Counted from the stretch's first letter, positions 14,830 to 28,677 are shown. The stretch: DNA of 64,000 nt from Eledone cirrhosa (GCA_964016885.1 OZ024742.1:209870001-209934000), one strand, 5' to 3'. Program-made: numbers and translations. The notes: generated by a model not told the origin, from the letters alone.

Positions 14830-15830
14830 TTACATAGTTTCAGTATTAGGAAATGTAAGAAAGAAGGCAAAACTATGCATTTCAATATAAGTATACCATT
14901 AATTATAGGTTAACTAAACTAAAGATAGTTAATATATTGATTTCTAAGGTGTATACTACTTAGGTTTATAATATTTGAAGCAGAATTTTGAAGTTAAATA
15001 GTGGTAGAGTATTAATTATAGTATAACTAAATTAAAATTATTAACGTTATGGTATCAATATTAGGAAATGAATTTAGTAATAGGGAAAAAACAAATAAAG
15101 TATTACATCGGTAGTAGAATATAAATCATAGGTTAACTAAATTAAAAATTATATATTAATTTCTATAGTATATGTTAATTAGGTATATAATAATTAAAAC
15201 AGATATTGTATTTTATCTATAGTAGAATATAATTATAGGTAAACAGAAATTAAAATTAATACATACACATATACATATACATATATATATATACATATAT
15301 ACATATATATACATATACATATATATACATACACATACATATTTTTTCAAAAATTGCAAAGAATATATTAACTAGGTATACATCCAAAACCTATCTCATT
15401 CTATGATTACATGACACTCTGCAATCCATCTGTATTAGGATACTAATTTTAAGCCAATTAAATTAAATTTTTAGGTTGACCAAATTTAAAACCAAATTAT
15501 AAATATATTTCTAAAATGTACATTAATTAGGTCTATAATACTAAAAATTATTTCTCTGTCATTGAATACACGATATTTTGTTATATTTTATCTGTAAAGG
15601 AATTTTAATAAAAGGTTAAATAAATTAAAATTAATCTATAAATTAAATTACTAAGTATATATTAGTAATATTTAAAAGTTTTTCACAATTTATGATTACA
15701 CAATATTTTATAATCTCATCTGTAGTAGAATTTTAATTAAATTAAATTTATAGGTTAACTAACATTTAAATTAAATTATATATTAATTTCTAAAATAATG
15801 TTATTAATTAGGTTTATAATATTTAAATGT
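14830..15830. repeat. Degenerate AT-rich tandem repeats in the 3' UTR of the adjacent Penelope-like element
   Basis: Recurring taggttaactaaattaaa / gtagtagaat motifs at roughly 110-120-bp spacing; 15677-15710 resembles the ORF end at 15829-15860. Confidence 0.6.
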
Positions 15831-17635
15831 TTTTCTTAGTTTATGATTACACGATATAATTAATTCCTGTCGTTTATTTAATAGGATATCCTTAGATTTC
15901 ATTATTTCAAATAGTTCTTGGGAACATAATCTACATTCATTTCTATTATTTTGATAAGGGGTGGCTCTTTTGAGCACACTCCAGGTCAAATCATATTCTA
16001 TATTCTTATTTTTATAACTATTGATTTTTTTCTGCTAGAGATGTTGTATTAGCCAGTGCGGCATTTTTAAAACTATGTTTGTGGGTATTAAACCTTGTCT
16101 TAAAATTGTTAGAAGTAGCTCCTATATATGAGCAAATAGAATCTTTAGTTTTAACATTACATTTATAAACTATGTTGTTAACAAGACAATTTCCTTTTAA
16201 TGGGCAGTTTGCTTTGTTTCTACAGTTACAACCTTTCGTTAATTCTGTATTTGAGGAGATATTATGGTTAGTTTGATATATTGGTGGTATACTTATGGTT
16301 TTCTTACATTTATATGCATTATAGGCACTTATATTTTGTTTTATGTTATTTGTTGTTGAGTATGAGAATTTAACTGTAGACCTATTTAAGATTTGATGGT
16401 ATTTGTGGTTTGGCGGGAAGTTTTTCTCTAGGATATAAAAAAATTTTTTAGCAATATTATCCTTAATTTGTAAATTAAATGGAGCATTATACCAAGTAAC
16501 CCGTCTATTACGGTTTCTATGTTGTTTATTATTTTTATAAGTTGTATCGTGATGTTTACTAGGAGGATTAATGTTAATGATCTCACCACACACATTTTTA
16601 GTTATATTTGTAGATTTAGGTGTTTTATCTTGTTTATTAGGAGTTTTATTATTAACATTTATTAGAGTTGTATGATGAGTAGTTTTTTGAGAGTTACTAT
16701 ACTTTATATTAGAAGATTTGGTATTTTGGGGTATAGTGTGGGTGGCATTTAGGTGTGTACTTTTCATTTGGTGTTTGTTGGTAATATTAGGTTGTATGTT
16801 TTTAGTATTTTTAGTAGAAGGTATATATTCTAATCTATTTTTGTGGCCACTTCTATCTAGAGCTTCGTTATAGAAGGTCGCATTTTTATCAAATACATCT
16901 TGGTTAGAAGAAAGGTTAGAAATTCTAAGTGATATATTATATGCAAGGTTTTTAAGGATAGATTTAGGGTGATTAGATTGTGAGTGTATGTAATGTAAGT
17001 TTTGGTTGGGTTTATGGTAAGGTTGGTAGATACCCGTAGCTAAGTCTAAAGTTATATCTAGGAAATTTACTACTTTACTTGTTTTTTCAAAAGTAATATG
17101 AAGACTATAATAGTCTTTAAGGAAAGTTCTAATATGCTTTTTGTTTTTTTCTATTTCTGAAAGGCTAAGGTTGTTGGAAAGAAGAAGACAGTCATCACGA
17201 TATAAACCACCTTTAAGGTGGGGAAAGGAGGCATTTATGTTGAAAAGGAGAAAGAGGCCCACAAGATCAGTAATTTGGGCGGAATCGCTTGAACCCATAG
17301 TAATATCAAATAGATTACTATATGTGTTTCTGGTCCAGTATTCATTCTGAAATTCAATAAGTGTTAGTCTAGCATGTGTAATAATATTAATGTCATCCAA
17401 AGTTAAGTTAGATCTATTTTTAGCAAATATCAATGCTTTGTTCAGGAGTATAGGTGATATAGAAGAATAGTAATTATCTATATCAAATTGTAGAAATGAA
17501 GCAGAAGATTTACATCTAATATTTTTAAACCAGTTAATTACCTGGGAAGTGTTTTCCCAGAGTGGTAAAATAACGTGTTTTCTTATTTGTGGGATGACTC
17601 TATCCAAAATTTTTTTGCTAATTATTCCATTATCG
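15804..17635 (-). mobile_element. 5'-truncated Penelope-like element, Naiad-type (RT + GIY-YIG)
   Basis: FLQFDIDNYYSSI, ITMGSSDSAQ, GGLYRDD, CNCRNKANCPLKGNC (CxCx5C), IVYKC...SYIGAT..FKTRFNTH, CRLC, LLNKRQEL; one frameshift near an A-run at ~16025. Confidence 0.93.
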
Positions 17636-17656
17636 AATCTCGATAATTTATGTTTG

Positions 17657-17687
<31 letters not shown>

Positions 17688-17688
17688 G

Positions 17689-17811
<123 letters not shown>

Positions 17812-17937
17812 ATATATATATATATATATATATAAAAACAAACATAAATTATCGAGATTCGCATTTCGGCCCACGAAATAATGAAAAACAACCTCCGAGA
17901 TGTGCGGCAAGTGCTCAATGATTCAGATGAACCAGAG

Positions 17938-17992
<55 letters not shown>

Positions 17993-18033
17993 CGAAACAT
18001 AAGTCAATTGCATGAACGCATAATCCTTTATTT

Positions 18034-18084
18034 ACTGCTATATATATTTAGATGATAGCCATTGAATGGCTATGACCCCATCAG
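18034..18084 (-). ncRNA. Inactivated hammerhead in the 3' pseudo-LTR
   Basis: CTGATGG and TAAA replace CTGATGA and GAAA; 5' strand of stem I deleted relative to 22006-22061. Confidence 0.7.
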
Positions 18085-19065
18085 GATATGCCAGCTCTGT
18101 GTGTATAGTGTTGATGGGATCAGAGCCTTGAGACATATGAGCTTGTTAGGAATACTTTGATGTCAGCAGGAATGGTCTTGATTCTCATTGGTCAGTTTGT
18201 AGATGGTAGAAGGTTGGTATTTGACCTCAAAGAGGCAGGTGGTTCTGTGAGGCTCAAACCGTCAGGCAAGATGACAATAGTTCCACATGACTGATTTTCA
18301 CAAAAGGCATTCTTGGTCAGATATATTTTCAAATAAGGTTAATAGTATGAAATAGATACTACAGGTCATTCTTAAATTGAGGAATTTATGTGGAGTGGTG
18401 CTACTGAAAATTATGGTTGGAGTAGAAAATTTACAAATAAAAGGCTTATGTAGGTTGGCTTGCACTACACTCACACCCACCTCCACAGACACATACACAC
18501 TTCTACACATACAAAAAGTGGGGTGGTAATACTTAATATAATGGTTAGAGTCCAATACTTAGATAGTTTAGAAAATTTAGAAATAAAAGGTTTATGCTGG
18601 TTCACTTGTACATACACTCACACCTACCCCCTCAAACACTCACACATCTACACACACAAATCCATATAGGTGTGTATATATATGCATGCATGCATGTACG
18701 CACAAGTATACACATATATATATATATATAAAATATATATATATATATACACAGAACATACATATATATAAAATATATACATACAAAAATATAAAAAATA
18801 TATATATACATAGAATACACACACACACAAAATATATACACACGTAAATCATACATATATATATATATATAAAAAATAAAAAAAATACACACACACATAC
18901 ACACACATATATATAAAATATATACATACAGATACGCACACATATATAAAATACGCATACATACACATAAAATACACATATATATACACATGATACATAT
19001 ATATATAAAATCAGATTCAATAAAACATTGTTTAGATGACTCCTAACCAGTAGAGGATCCGGTGG

Positions 19066-19124
19066 ACCATCCACCATAGGGACCGCAAACCATGGGTGGT
19101 TGTTGTTGTCCATTGGTCATTGGT
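19066..19124 (-). promoter_or_regulatory. Candidate SECIS-like stem-loop in the 3' UTR
   Basis: acca-ATGA-ccaatggac-aacAAc-aacca-ccca-tggtt-tgcg-gtccctatgg-tgGA-tggt, starting 55 nt after the TAA; helix II is imperfect. Confidence 0.4.
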
Positions 19125-19178
19125 ACGGGGTGTAGGGGACCTACCGGGGGGTGGCTTGTGGGAGGCCGTAACCGGGGT

Positions 19179-21820
19179 TTATCCATATAGCTTGAGGAAA
19201 GTTCCCGTTCTTAGGTGTCTGCAGGCACCGAATAAGTCGGCCCTTCAGTTTAATAGCTTGGTTCCGCCATGAAGAATCTCGAGCGTCTCACTAAGACAGA
19301 GGTTGCAAATACCAGACCCGCCTCTGTCTGGGGGAACCTTTCTAACCACGGACCAGACCAGAGAATGCGGGGTCTTTTCAAGTTTGAGCTTCCAGATCAA
19401 TTCAGAAAGGGCCGTACATTTCCTCTTATCTATTTTGTTAAAGGACTGGCGATGATTATACCACCGAGCTTTGAAGCTCGTCGCTGTGGATCCTATGTAG
19501 TGGTGCTCCGAGTTAGGGGTTGTGACCTTGCACCTGTAGACCACGTTTTTGGTCATGCATTCATTACTAAGGGGGCATAGCGATGGGTCTCTTCAATTAC
19601 ATGACTTCTTAAGCCCCATCACATGTACCGCGTGGTTATCATCACTCGGGGTTGGATGGGTAGCCACCGCAATCAGCACAGGGTCGTTGGGTTCCGTTGT
19701 GCTAGTTGGGCCTGTCCGGGTTCCAATGCGTCCCGCGTGCTGGTTCTGTTGGGTGGCTCCGGGGTTTACGGTGGTATTAGAGGCAGTGAGCCTATTCCTA
19801 TTTATGCCAACTATGTGCTGGGCTACGGAGCGTGTGGTTGAGTAGGAAAGTTTCACTGTGTGCCTGTTGAATATTTTATGATACTTCTGGGCCCTAAGGA
19901 AACATATATCCAGTACTCTAAAGAATGTTCTAGCCAAGCTGGTACGTAGACCCACCGAGTACGGAGGGTTATACCATGTGACCTTCCTGGTCCTATTCTT
20001 GCGGGGTTGTTGGGTATCCGCCGTGCGCCATCGCTTGGTTGTGCACAGCTCAGGTCGAGCTCGGTTGGTGTCACTTGGGTGTGCGGAGCGGTCACTATCA
20101 TGAGGGTTATATAGGCCCACCGTGGGGCTATAAACCTGCGAGGTGCGGCCTCCCTGCTCAATTAGGATTCGGCGGGTGGTGGAGCCGGTGCAGGGGTGCC
20201 TATGCTCCGCAGCACAGCGGTCCTCAGCGTTGTAGGTATTAGACCGGTTGCGTATGCGAGACCTTCTACCGGGTGTGGTGACGGATAGGGGTCTGGGAGT
20301 GTTACTACTGGTCACCGAGGTATTAGGTGGGCGACTCATGCCCCTGAGGGTATTGGTCCGGGGTACCCTTGGTTCATCTCGATCATGTCCCTTAGGGTTA
20401 TAGCTGATCCTATCGCTGTGGGACGCCTTAGCTAGAGCTGAGTTATAGTAATCAGCGTTACTATTGAAGATCTCTTTATTGGCCGACAAGTTAGAGATCC
20501 TGTCAGAGACACTCTTAACTACGGCCTTAACTATAGATCTAGGGTGATTAGACTCAGCGTTGATATACACCAGCTTGTCATTGGGTTTATGATATGGGTG
20601 GTGTAGCTTGGTGTTGAGGTTGAGGGTGGTGTCCAGGAAATTCACTACTTTTCTATTGGGTTCCATTTCTACCTTAAGTCCTACCTTGCTAAAGAAGTGC
20701 CTAATTCTCCTCTTCATATTTTCGACCATTGTGGTGCTGTGGTCCACTACGGTGAAGAGTGCGTCGTCTCGGTACAGCCCGCCGCCCAGGTTGGGTATTT
20801 CCCTCCTGATCTCGTAGAGTATGTATATCCCAACCAAGTCCGTTAGCTGCGCGGAGTCACTGGAGCCCATTGTAATGACAAAATTATTTGGCCAGTCGCT
20901 CCGGGTCCATATGTCCCCACCGAATCGGATCAGGGTCTTTCTGGCGGCGTGTATGATTCGAACCGCGTCGCGTGTTGGGTCTGTCCTATTCATCGCGAAT
21001 ATGAGTGCCTTGTTCAGGACTATGGGCGACATAGAGGAGTAGTAATTATTGATGTCTAGTTGTATGAAGCTAGTCCTATGTTTTTCAGGTAAAAAAGTAA
21101 ACCAGTCCAGAACCTGGCTGGTGCAGGACCAGAGTTGTAACCTTATTTTACTCTTAAGTGTGGGCAGGACTCTATCTAAAATGCTTTTGCTAATAACCCC
21201 ATGTCTGACCGGGGGGGGCTATCAGTCTGACTGGCAGGTCAGACTCGAAGTTTGGTTTGTGGTCCTTAATGGTAATCCTCGGCTCCCTTGATTGGTATGG
21301 GGCCGTCCTATCATATATACCAAGACCAGAAACGATTTCATAAGCCTTGATGATGATATCCTCCAGGGTGGCCTCGGGCGTTTTTTTGTAGCTTTTTCTC
21401 AATTCCCTGAGGATTAGTTCATGGTAAAGTTGAACGTCCATGCTGTAAAGGTTGTTGGTTTTGTCGGCATGGACGAGTATTCCTGTAGATTCCTTAAGCT
21501 CGGTAATTCCATTTTCCAGTCGTCTAAGGTACTCTCGACCCCGGTATGGTTGGTCGGAAAATTTGATGTTGGAAATGATGCCAATCATTTCGTTCTCAAA
21601 CTCTTCCAGTAGTCTGTTGTGGGGGAGGTTCTTTTTGATCTGAAGAGGCACTCCATGGTTTTTTGGTATTAATATTGGGGTTTCCTCTATCAAAGTGGTA
21701 AGCCCTCCACCTCATCCTGCGTATTAGGGAGTCAGTACTCTTAGTGAAATTACTTGTGTATTCTCTTTTACCCGGTAATGGGATGTCCTTCAGTGATGCC
21801 AGAGTGGTGAGCTTTTTCAT
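19179..21820 (-). CDS. RT + GIY-YIG endonuclease ORF, interrupted by 2 frameshifts at homopolymers and 2 in-frame TGA
   Basis: MKKLTTLASLKDIPLP, RRMRWRA, ADKTNNLY, ITIKDHKPNF, GGLYRDD, SCN*RDPSLCPL, VVYRC..YIGST..FKARWYNH, CNLC, LLN*RADLFGACRH...YG-TAA. Confidence 0.88.
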
Positions 21821-22005
21821 ATTGGCTGCGGTCCGCGACTGTATGAAGCGCTCAACAGGGTGTGGAGCATGGGGTAAGCAAGAAAGTGTTGGTAAAATCC
21901 AGTACTTCAGTATGCGGATAGGGAGCACTCAACGAAGATATAAATTCCGGAGTTATAATAGTGACGAAACATAAGTCAATTGCATGAACTCATAATCCTT
22001 TATTT

Positions 22006-22061
22006 ACTGCTATATATATTTCGATGATAGCCATTAAATGGCTATGACCTCATCAGGCAGT
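22006..22061 (-). ncRNA. Intact type I hammerhead in the 5' pseudo-LTR
   Basis: actgc-CTGATGA-ggtcatagccat-tta-atggctatcatc-GAAA-tatata-TA-gcagt. Confidence 0.85.
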
Positions 22062-23181
22062 TAGTCAGTTCTTAGATATGCCAACTCTGTGTGTATAGTG
22101 TTGATGGTATCAGAGCCTTGAGACATATGAGCTTGTTAGGAATACTTTGGTGTTGTCAGCAGGAATGGTCTTGATTCTCATTGGTCAGTTTGTAGATGGT
22201 AGTAGGTTGGTATTTGACCTCAAAGAGGCAAGTGGTTCTGTGAGGTTCAAACCGTCAGGCAAGATGACAATAGGTCCACATGACTGATTTTCACAAAAGG
22301 CATTCTTGGTCAGATATATTTTCAAATAAGGTTAATAGTATGAAATAGATACTACAGGTCATTCTTAAATTGAGGAATTTATGTGGAGTGGTGCTACTGA
22401 AAATTATGGTTAGAGTCGAATACTAGAAAGTTTACATATAAAAAGACTTAAGTTGGTTGACTTGCACATACACTCACACCCACCCCCACAGACACACACA
22501 CACATCCACACATACAAATTGAAGAATTTATGTGGGGTGGCAATACTGAAAATTATGGTTAGAGTCAAATACTTAGAAAGTTTACAAATAAAAAGACTTA
22601 TGTTGGTTAACTTGTACATACACTCACACCTACCCCCACAGACACACACACACACATCTACAAACACAAATCCATACAGGTGTGTATATATATGTATGTA
22701 CGCACAAGTGCATATATATATATATACAACAGAGGCCCCCAAATCCAATTATAAGGAGAGACATAAAACGAGGTGGGTGTTATTTATAAAGAAAAGTAAA
22801 GTGGGTGTTTGGAAAAGTTATTGTTTAGACTAGACAAAAGTAGAGTGTGATATATATCTTCACAGCAATAGCTTGGGGGCTTTGGAGCTTAGGCGAATCC
22901 CTTAGTACAGACATATATAGGTACACGCACCCACCCATACTTTTATACCTCTGGATGCGTGTGTATGTCTAAATACACATGTGCACTCATACAAGAGAGC
23001 ATATACAAATATACTCTTACGCATACACTCGAACATTTTTCAAATGCAACCTGGGGTATTATTATTTCGTTGCGTTCACATGAGTGTGTACATTCACGTA
23101 ATCCCAATATACACACACTACGCACGGTTGCGGGCACTCATTCATGCGTACCTTAGGATAATTATTCTTCCTAGTATATAT

Positions 23182-23340
23182 ACTAGCGGACCTGTGGAAA
23201 TTCCACGGACGAAAAAGTTAAGAGGAGCTATTTAAGAGACGTTCGTTTTGTTGTATATTCTCTCTTGTTGCCTTAGTCTACCTTGCTCTAAAACGATATG
23301 CCTTTGTTCTCCATTCATTTCCTCACGTCTCTGTACATGT
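23182..23340 (-). mobile_element. Possible Helitron 3' end
   Basis: Minus strand hairpin ccgtggaatttccacagg followed by tccgCTAG|T; far boundary uncertain. Confidence 0.45.
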
Positions 23341-23361
23341 ACACACACAGAATTATAATGA

Positions 23362-23424
<63 letters not shown>

Positions 23425-24921
23425 ATTTGTATACATTTATATGTATGAGTATATAAATATAAACGCACAAACACACATACACTCACACAAAACACACATA
23501 CACTCACACAAGTGTGGCTGATCTTGAAACGCTCATCGCTATAGCGTTTCACCAGCCACTTCCTTCCTCAATCATTATATAGATGTGTATCATTATATAT
23601 GTGTTTCAGTGGATGAAAATAAATGAAGACGGATCCTACATTCATCTCGTCTATGGAGATTCAGTTGTCTGGCTAACTGAATTATTTACTTGTAAAAATC
23701 AACGTGTAAATAATTAGATATTTTACAAACATGGGTGCCCTGAACATGATTTGTAATTGGAATCAGACGAGGCAGCACCTTTGAATATCAAATACAGCAG
23801 TTTCCGTATACTCAGTTTTCCTCATATAGTTTGCATCATTCCGAAACCATGATAAAAGACACGTGTTTGAGTTACCACGCAGTGGGATCGAAACCGTAAT
23901 CTCATTGCTCAGCTGAGTTTTTAACTACTTGGCTAGACGTTCATTATATAAATACACATAAATTAATACTGAAAACAAAAGGAGACCAAACAAATAATAC
24001 ATCACACATAAATTGTCAGCACTAAAATCAATATTGAACATTATGAATACTAAACAAACATGGTTTTTGCTGCAAGTAACGCTAATAGGTGTGTATATAT
24101 AAAAGCTGATTTTAAGAAAAAGATTTCCCTTGGTAGACGACGAGATGATATCAGATAAAAAAATTTATTTCAATCATTTCCTATTGCCCTTAACTAATTA
24201 AAGATCACATTTGGGAAGAGAAAGATTTTTATTTGTTAATTATTAGTTATTGGAAAGCAATTATGCAAACGCACCAATCTGCCATTGTTCAATACATTTT
24301 TTAATGTGTTATATATCTCTGTGTGTGACTGTGTGGCTGTATGTCTGTATGCATACGTTAATATGTTGTTTGAATCTGTGTGTATGTGAGTTATTTAGTG
24401 TTTATAAGAAATACGTTTACAGTGGAAAAGACGTAAAAGACTATGAAAGATATGAAAGCAAGTGCACAAGATAAACTGATAAAATATTTATTCGATTTCA
24501 AAAAATACAGGCTAGTTCTGAACTTTTACTATTCAGGTTATGAAAAAGTGTCAACATGCTGTTTTCCTTTTTGTTCAATTGAATTTATTCCATAACGCAA
24601 CCACATCTTATAAGATTCAACATTTCCTCGTGTACTTTATATATTGATTTCTTATTTTTACACAGTAAGATAGACATTCCTTCATTATTTCCTTGCTCCC
24701 GCCTTCAACTTCTGTTGAAACAGTAAGAGCCCTGTCGTAGCTCACGGTATGTCTTGGACCTTCTAAATTTAGCAAATCACACCGGTTTTTCCCAAGGATA
24801 CGAGTGGCCATGAAAGGTAAACTAACTGTGCCTGGATTTGAAATCAGAGCACTGAGGGGTAGAATGAATGCCACGAATCTACCGATTCTCTTTCTTTTTA
24901 TTAGAATTATAGTTAAACTGA

Positions 24922-25115
24922 AATAATTGTTTCTACTTTAGGCACAAGGCCAGAAATTACTCAGTGCATTGCTGGTACTTTATTTTATCGACCCCGTAAG
25001 GATGAAAGGCAAAGTCAACCTCGGCGGGATTTGAACTCAGATCGTAAAAGGACGTAACTATGCTGGAAAGCATGGCGTCCGACCCTCTACCGATACTGCC
25101 AAATGTTGACACCAT
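24922..25115 (-). mobile_element. tRNA-derived Nin-type SINE
   Basis: Near-identical to the units at 28678-29227. Confidence 0.85.
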
Positions 25116-26514
25116 TTTGGAACACACTATATTGCCCACGACATTTGTATTTAGTTATAACTAGCTTTGAACCTACGTATAAATCCAAGAAGTCTTTTAA
25201 AACATAGCTGATGATAGTTATCTGTTTGATAGTGTAAAAGGTTAGTAACATTCTACGTTTAGATCAATATTGAAAGTTCAAATCTTGCCTACAACAGATT
25301 GATATTCTTCATCTAGATAATAAACTGAAACAATACGAAATTGAACTAATAAAATTGACATTATTATTTTACTTCCAAGTAATTTATGTATTTGTATATT
25401 TCGTCGCCATATCCTCCATATCATATCTTCAAACGGTTGCTTTCAGCTAAATATTTAACTTTCATTTCCTTCAACATATAACAAGTAGACCAACCAAAAA
25501 TTTAAAATCGACCACAATCAAAAGCTTATTATCTAGTTAACTCGGTTAGTTCGGTAGACTTCACGATCTAGAATATCAAAATACTATAAAACCCAATAGC
25601 ATGGCTATTTATTATTATTTTAAGCATTAAAAAATAATCAATGGCAGGAACTACAGCATATGTTAAAAGACACTGTAAAAATCAAATTGAATATATGAGG
25701 CCAAGATCAGGGCATTATCTAATACCCACTCTATCCCTCGAGATTTTAGGTTGAAAATATTAAAAGAGTGATTAAGTTTCATAAATCCTTTGTTTATTGT
25801 TCAAATTTCTTGCTTACAATATGATTGCTATTGCTGTCAGTGTTTCCCATTGTTATTCGTTATGTCGGGTGAAACTAATAAATAGTCGCCAGTTTCAAAT
25901 AGAAATGATTTGCTTTCATCATCGGGTCGATATCAAACTGATTATATCATATAAAGTTTCTAAAAATCCATTCTGACAAAGAATTGTTGTCAGTGCGCTA
26001 GAGATCAATCAATTATAATCAAATTTCACAGTGTAACCTATTTCCAACGCTTAGCTTATCTGACAATGGTCGGACACATTGCCTGCTATGGATGTCAAAT
26101 GAAATTGGGTCTGTCTTGTAAAATGGAAAGTAGTTAATGGGCATATAGTTTTATAACTGTAATTAAATTGAGAAGACAGAATTGAAAATGCCCGCAGTCA
26201 ATAACAATGGTTTCAAATATTAATGGTGTCATTGCAATGCTTGGCACTTTTCCCACATTTTTATATGGTTTTATCATAAGGTATAATACTACTCTTTCTA
26301 CTATCATATTTGGTATTAGCAAAAGAAATACGTTTGTTGAATGTTCATTACTTTCCTTTGCTTTTATCAGCAATAACTTAGTTAAAGGTTTTCCCATAAT
26401 TGACTTAAAAGCAGATTGAGAGATAGAGGAATTAATAGATAGGTGGATATACAAATAGATAGACGGACAAGCAGCAAGCATTGATTGGCGAATAGATAGA
26501 TAGATAGATAGATA

Positions 26515-26901
26515 TGTTTCTTTATTAGCCACAGGGGCACAAAAGAAGGGGACAAATACAAAGGGGGAAGTTTACATACAATAAAAACGTAAAATATTAT
26601 CACAAATGCAATTTAAAAAATTAGTCGATTTTCCCCAATAGGAGGAGACAGTTCATATGGGTAACACATACCCCCGAAAAAATGTGCAACCCTCATCTCC
26701 AGGAGTAGGAAGAGTTTATACTCCTTTCCTCTCCTCCTCCTTTTCCTCAACCTACAGGCTGATATAGAGAGAAGGCCCATTCACTCGAGCCATTCTCGCC
26801 ACTTTCACCCACCTTTCATAAAACTTGCTGGGGTACAGTACCTCTCTCTCCATCCTGATTCTTCTTCCAAAGTGGTATTTGAAAAAAAAGAATCAGTTGT
26901 T
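26515..26901 (-). mobile_element. Tx1/L1-like LINE 3' fragment (copy B) between (GATA)n tracts
   Basis: Colinear with 26951-27330 (same ORF end and the same tttctttatt.gccaca terminus). Confidence 0.75.
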
Positions 26902-26933
<32 letters not shown>

Positions 26934-26950
26934 TATAGATAGATAGATAG

Positions 26951-28080
26951 ATTTCTTTATTTGCCACAAGGGCGCACAAGAAAAGGGGACAATATAAAGA
27001 CATGCTGGGGATTTTAAATACAGTCGTGTAAAAAATATAAAACAAAAAATTGCAACGATCGAAATCCGCAATAGGGGCGAAGCGCCACAAGTGGGTTTTA
27101 ATACCCCGTCGATAGAACAACCCTCAACTCCAGGAGCGTGTTGTGCAAGTGCTCCTTTCTTCCTTTTGCTCTCTTCTTTAACCTACAGGCTTATAAACAG
27201 AGAAGGCCCAATCACTCGGGCCATTTTCGCTTCATTCACCCACCTTTCAGTAAATTTACTGGGGTGCAGTGCCTCTCTCTCCACTCCGATTCTCCTTCTA
27301 AAGTGATACTTAAAGAAGGGAATCAATTGTTGTCCGGAGAGAAAGGCATCTGTCCTCAGTTCTCTCAATCTCGTCCACCATATAACTTCTTTCACCATAG
27401 CCACTGTACAGAGGAAAACCGCCTCTCTTTCGTTTTTGAAAGAGGCTGGCGTTTTGATCCTTACTATGGACTCGGCAGTCAACTGGATTTGTCCCATACG
27501 CGACAGTAGTTGTTCTGCATAGTTCCACATGTCGGTTACGCCCGGGAAGTGTACAATTGCGTGCAGGACGGTTTCAATGTCCTGTGCGCATCTTGGACAC
27601 GTCCTCTTGAAAGGATCCCTGCGGGGGCGTCCGTGCCTGAAGATCTTGTCACGAACTGGTAGAGCTCCTTGGTAGCACTGCCAGGCCAGGGACCTCTGAA
27701 AGTTGTCCATTGAGTCCCTCCGAGCACGTCGTCGCCCTTGTGATGTACTAACCCTCTATAGAATGTCGAAGTGGAGTCTCCACTGATTCCCGTGCCTTTT
27801 TGACAGAGGACTGTGAGCGCTTGAGCGCATTCAATGTGCCAGGCGCCCATTTTCTTTGGTCTCCGCTTAACCCAGGACTGCAGCTCCGTCAGCGAGACAA
27901 ATTGCGGTGCCCACACTGGTTGGGGGTCGGTGAGGAATACCTGTAGATGCCGTAGCCTCAGCGCATGCTTGCGGATCATCAGCCACGGCATTCCCAGCCC
28001 TCCGTTGGAAGGGTGCTGACAGCAGACGGATCTCCTCACCAGTGGAGCCTGCTTCTTCCAAAGGAACTGAAAGAGCATGA
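26951..28080 (-). mobile_element. Tx1/L1-like LINE 3' part (copy A) between (GATA)n tracts
   Basis: LFQFLWK...GGLGMP, and zinc knuckle TCPRCAQDIETVLH; frameshift or deletion between the two ORFs. Confidence 0.85.
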
Positions 28081-28100
28081 TAGATATGTAGGTATGTAGG

Positions 28101-28231
<131 letters not shown>

Positions 28232-28677
28232 GAACATTTAACGTTTTTGGTTGTTGTAAAATAGTATGGTTGAACTGTACTCAACTTTTGACAATCATGT
28301 ATTGTGAAGCTTTAAGATCATGATGTGTATAGCTGTAGGGAAATTGTTCACGGGACTGTACGGTCTTACAATTGTAGTTGACTGTAATACTGACCAAAGA
28401 GTTCACGGTCGTGCCTTTCAAAGTAGCAAATATAGACACTTCGTCGTTGTTTGTTGGGTTTAAATTGGGCTTAGTTCACTAAAGTGAATCACTAAAGGTT
28501 CATGGCAACTTATTGCAAGTATGTCTCATTATACCGTCTACGTAGAAATGCATCTATCTCGTGTTAGTGTAGTTGAGCATGTGTTGCACTTTCATGGAGA
28601 AGGTGGGCGCTATTTATAGGCCCAGACATATGTGTGCATTGAATGGGGCAATATAGGAAGTGACTGACATGATTATA

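Larger units (their letters stand above)
17988..22715 (-). mobile_element. Near full-length Penelope-like element, Naiad-type, with two pseudo-LTRs
   Basis: Direct repeats ~17988-18715 and ~21960-22715 flank an RT-GIY-YIG frame; the 3' end abuts (TA)n. Confidence 0.93.

Noticed and set aside
19245-19247. Second in-frame TGA as selenocysteine
   Set aside because: Aligns to Lys in LLNKR of the sibling element; a CGA/AGA-to-TGA mutation is the simpler explanation unless it is fixed in other copies.
25240-26420. Coding region or decayed DNA-transposon gene
   Set aside because: No sustained ORF or clear motif; too degraded to call by eye.
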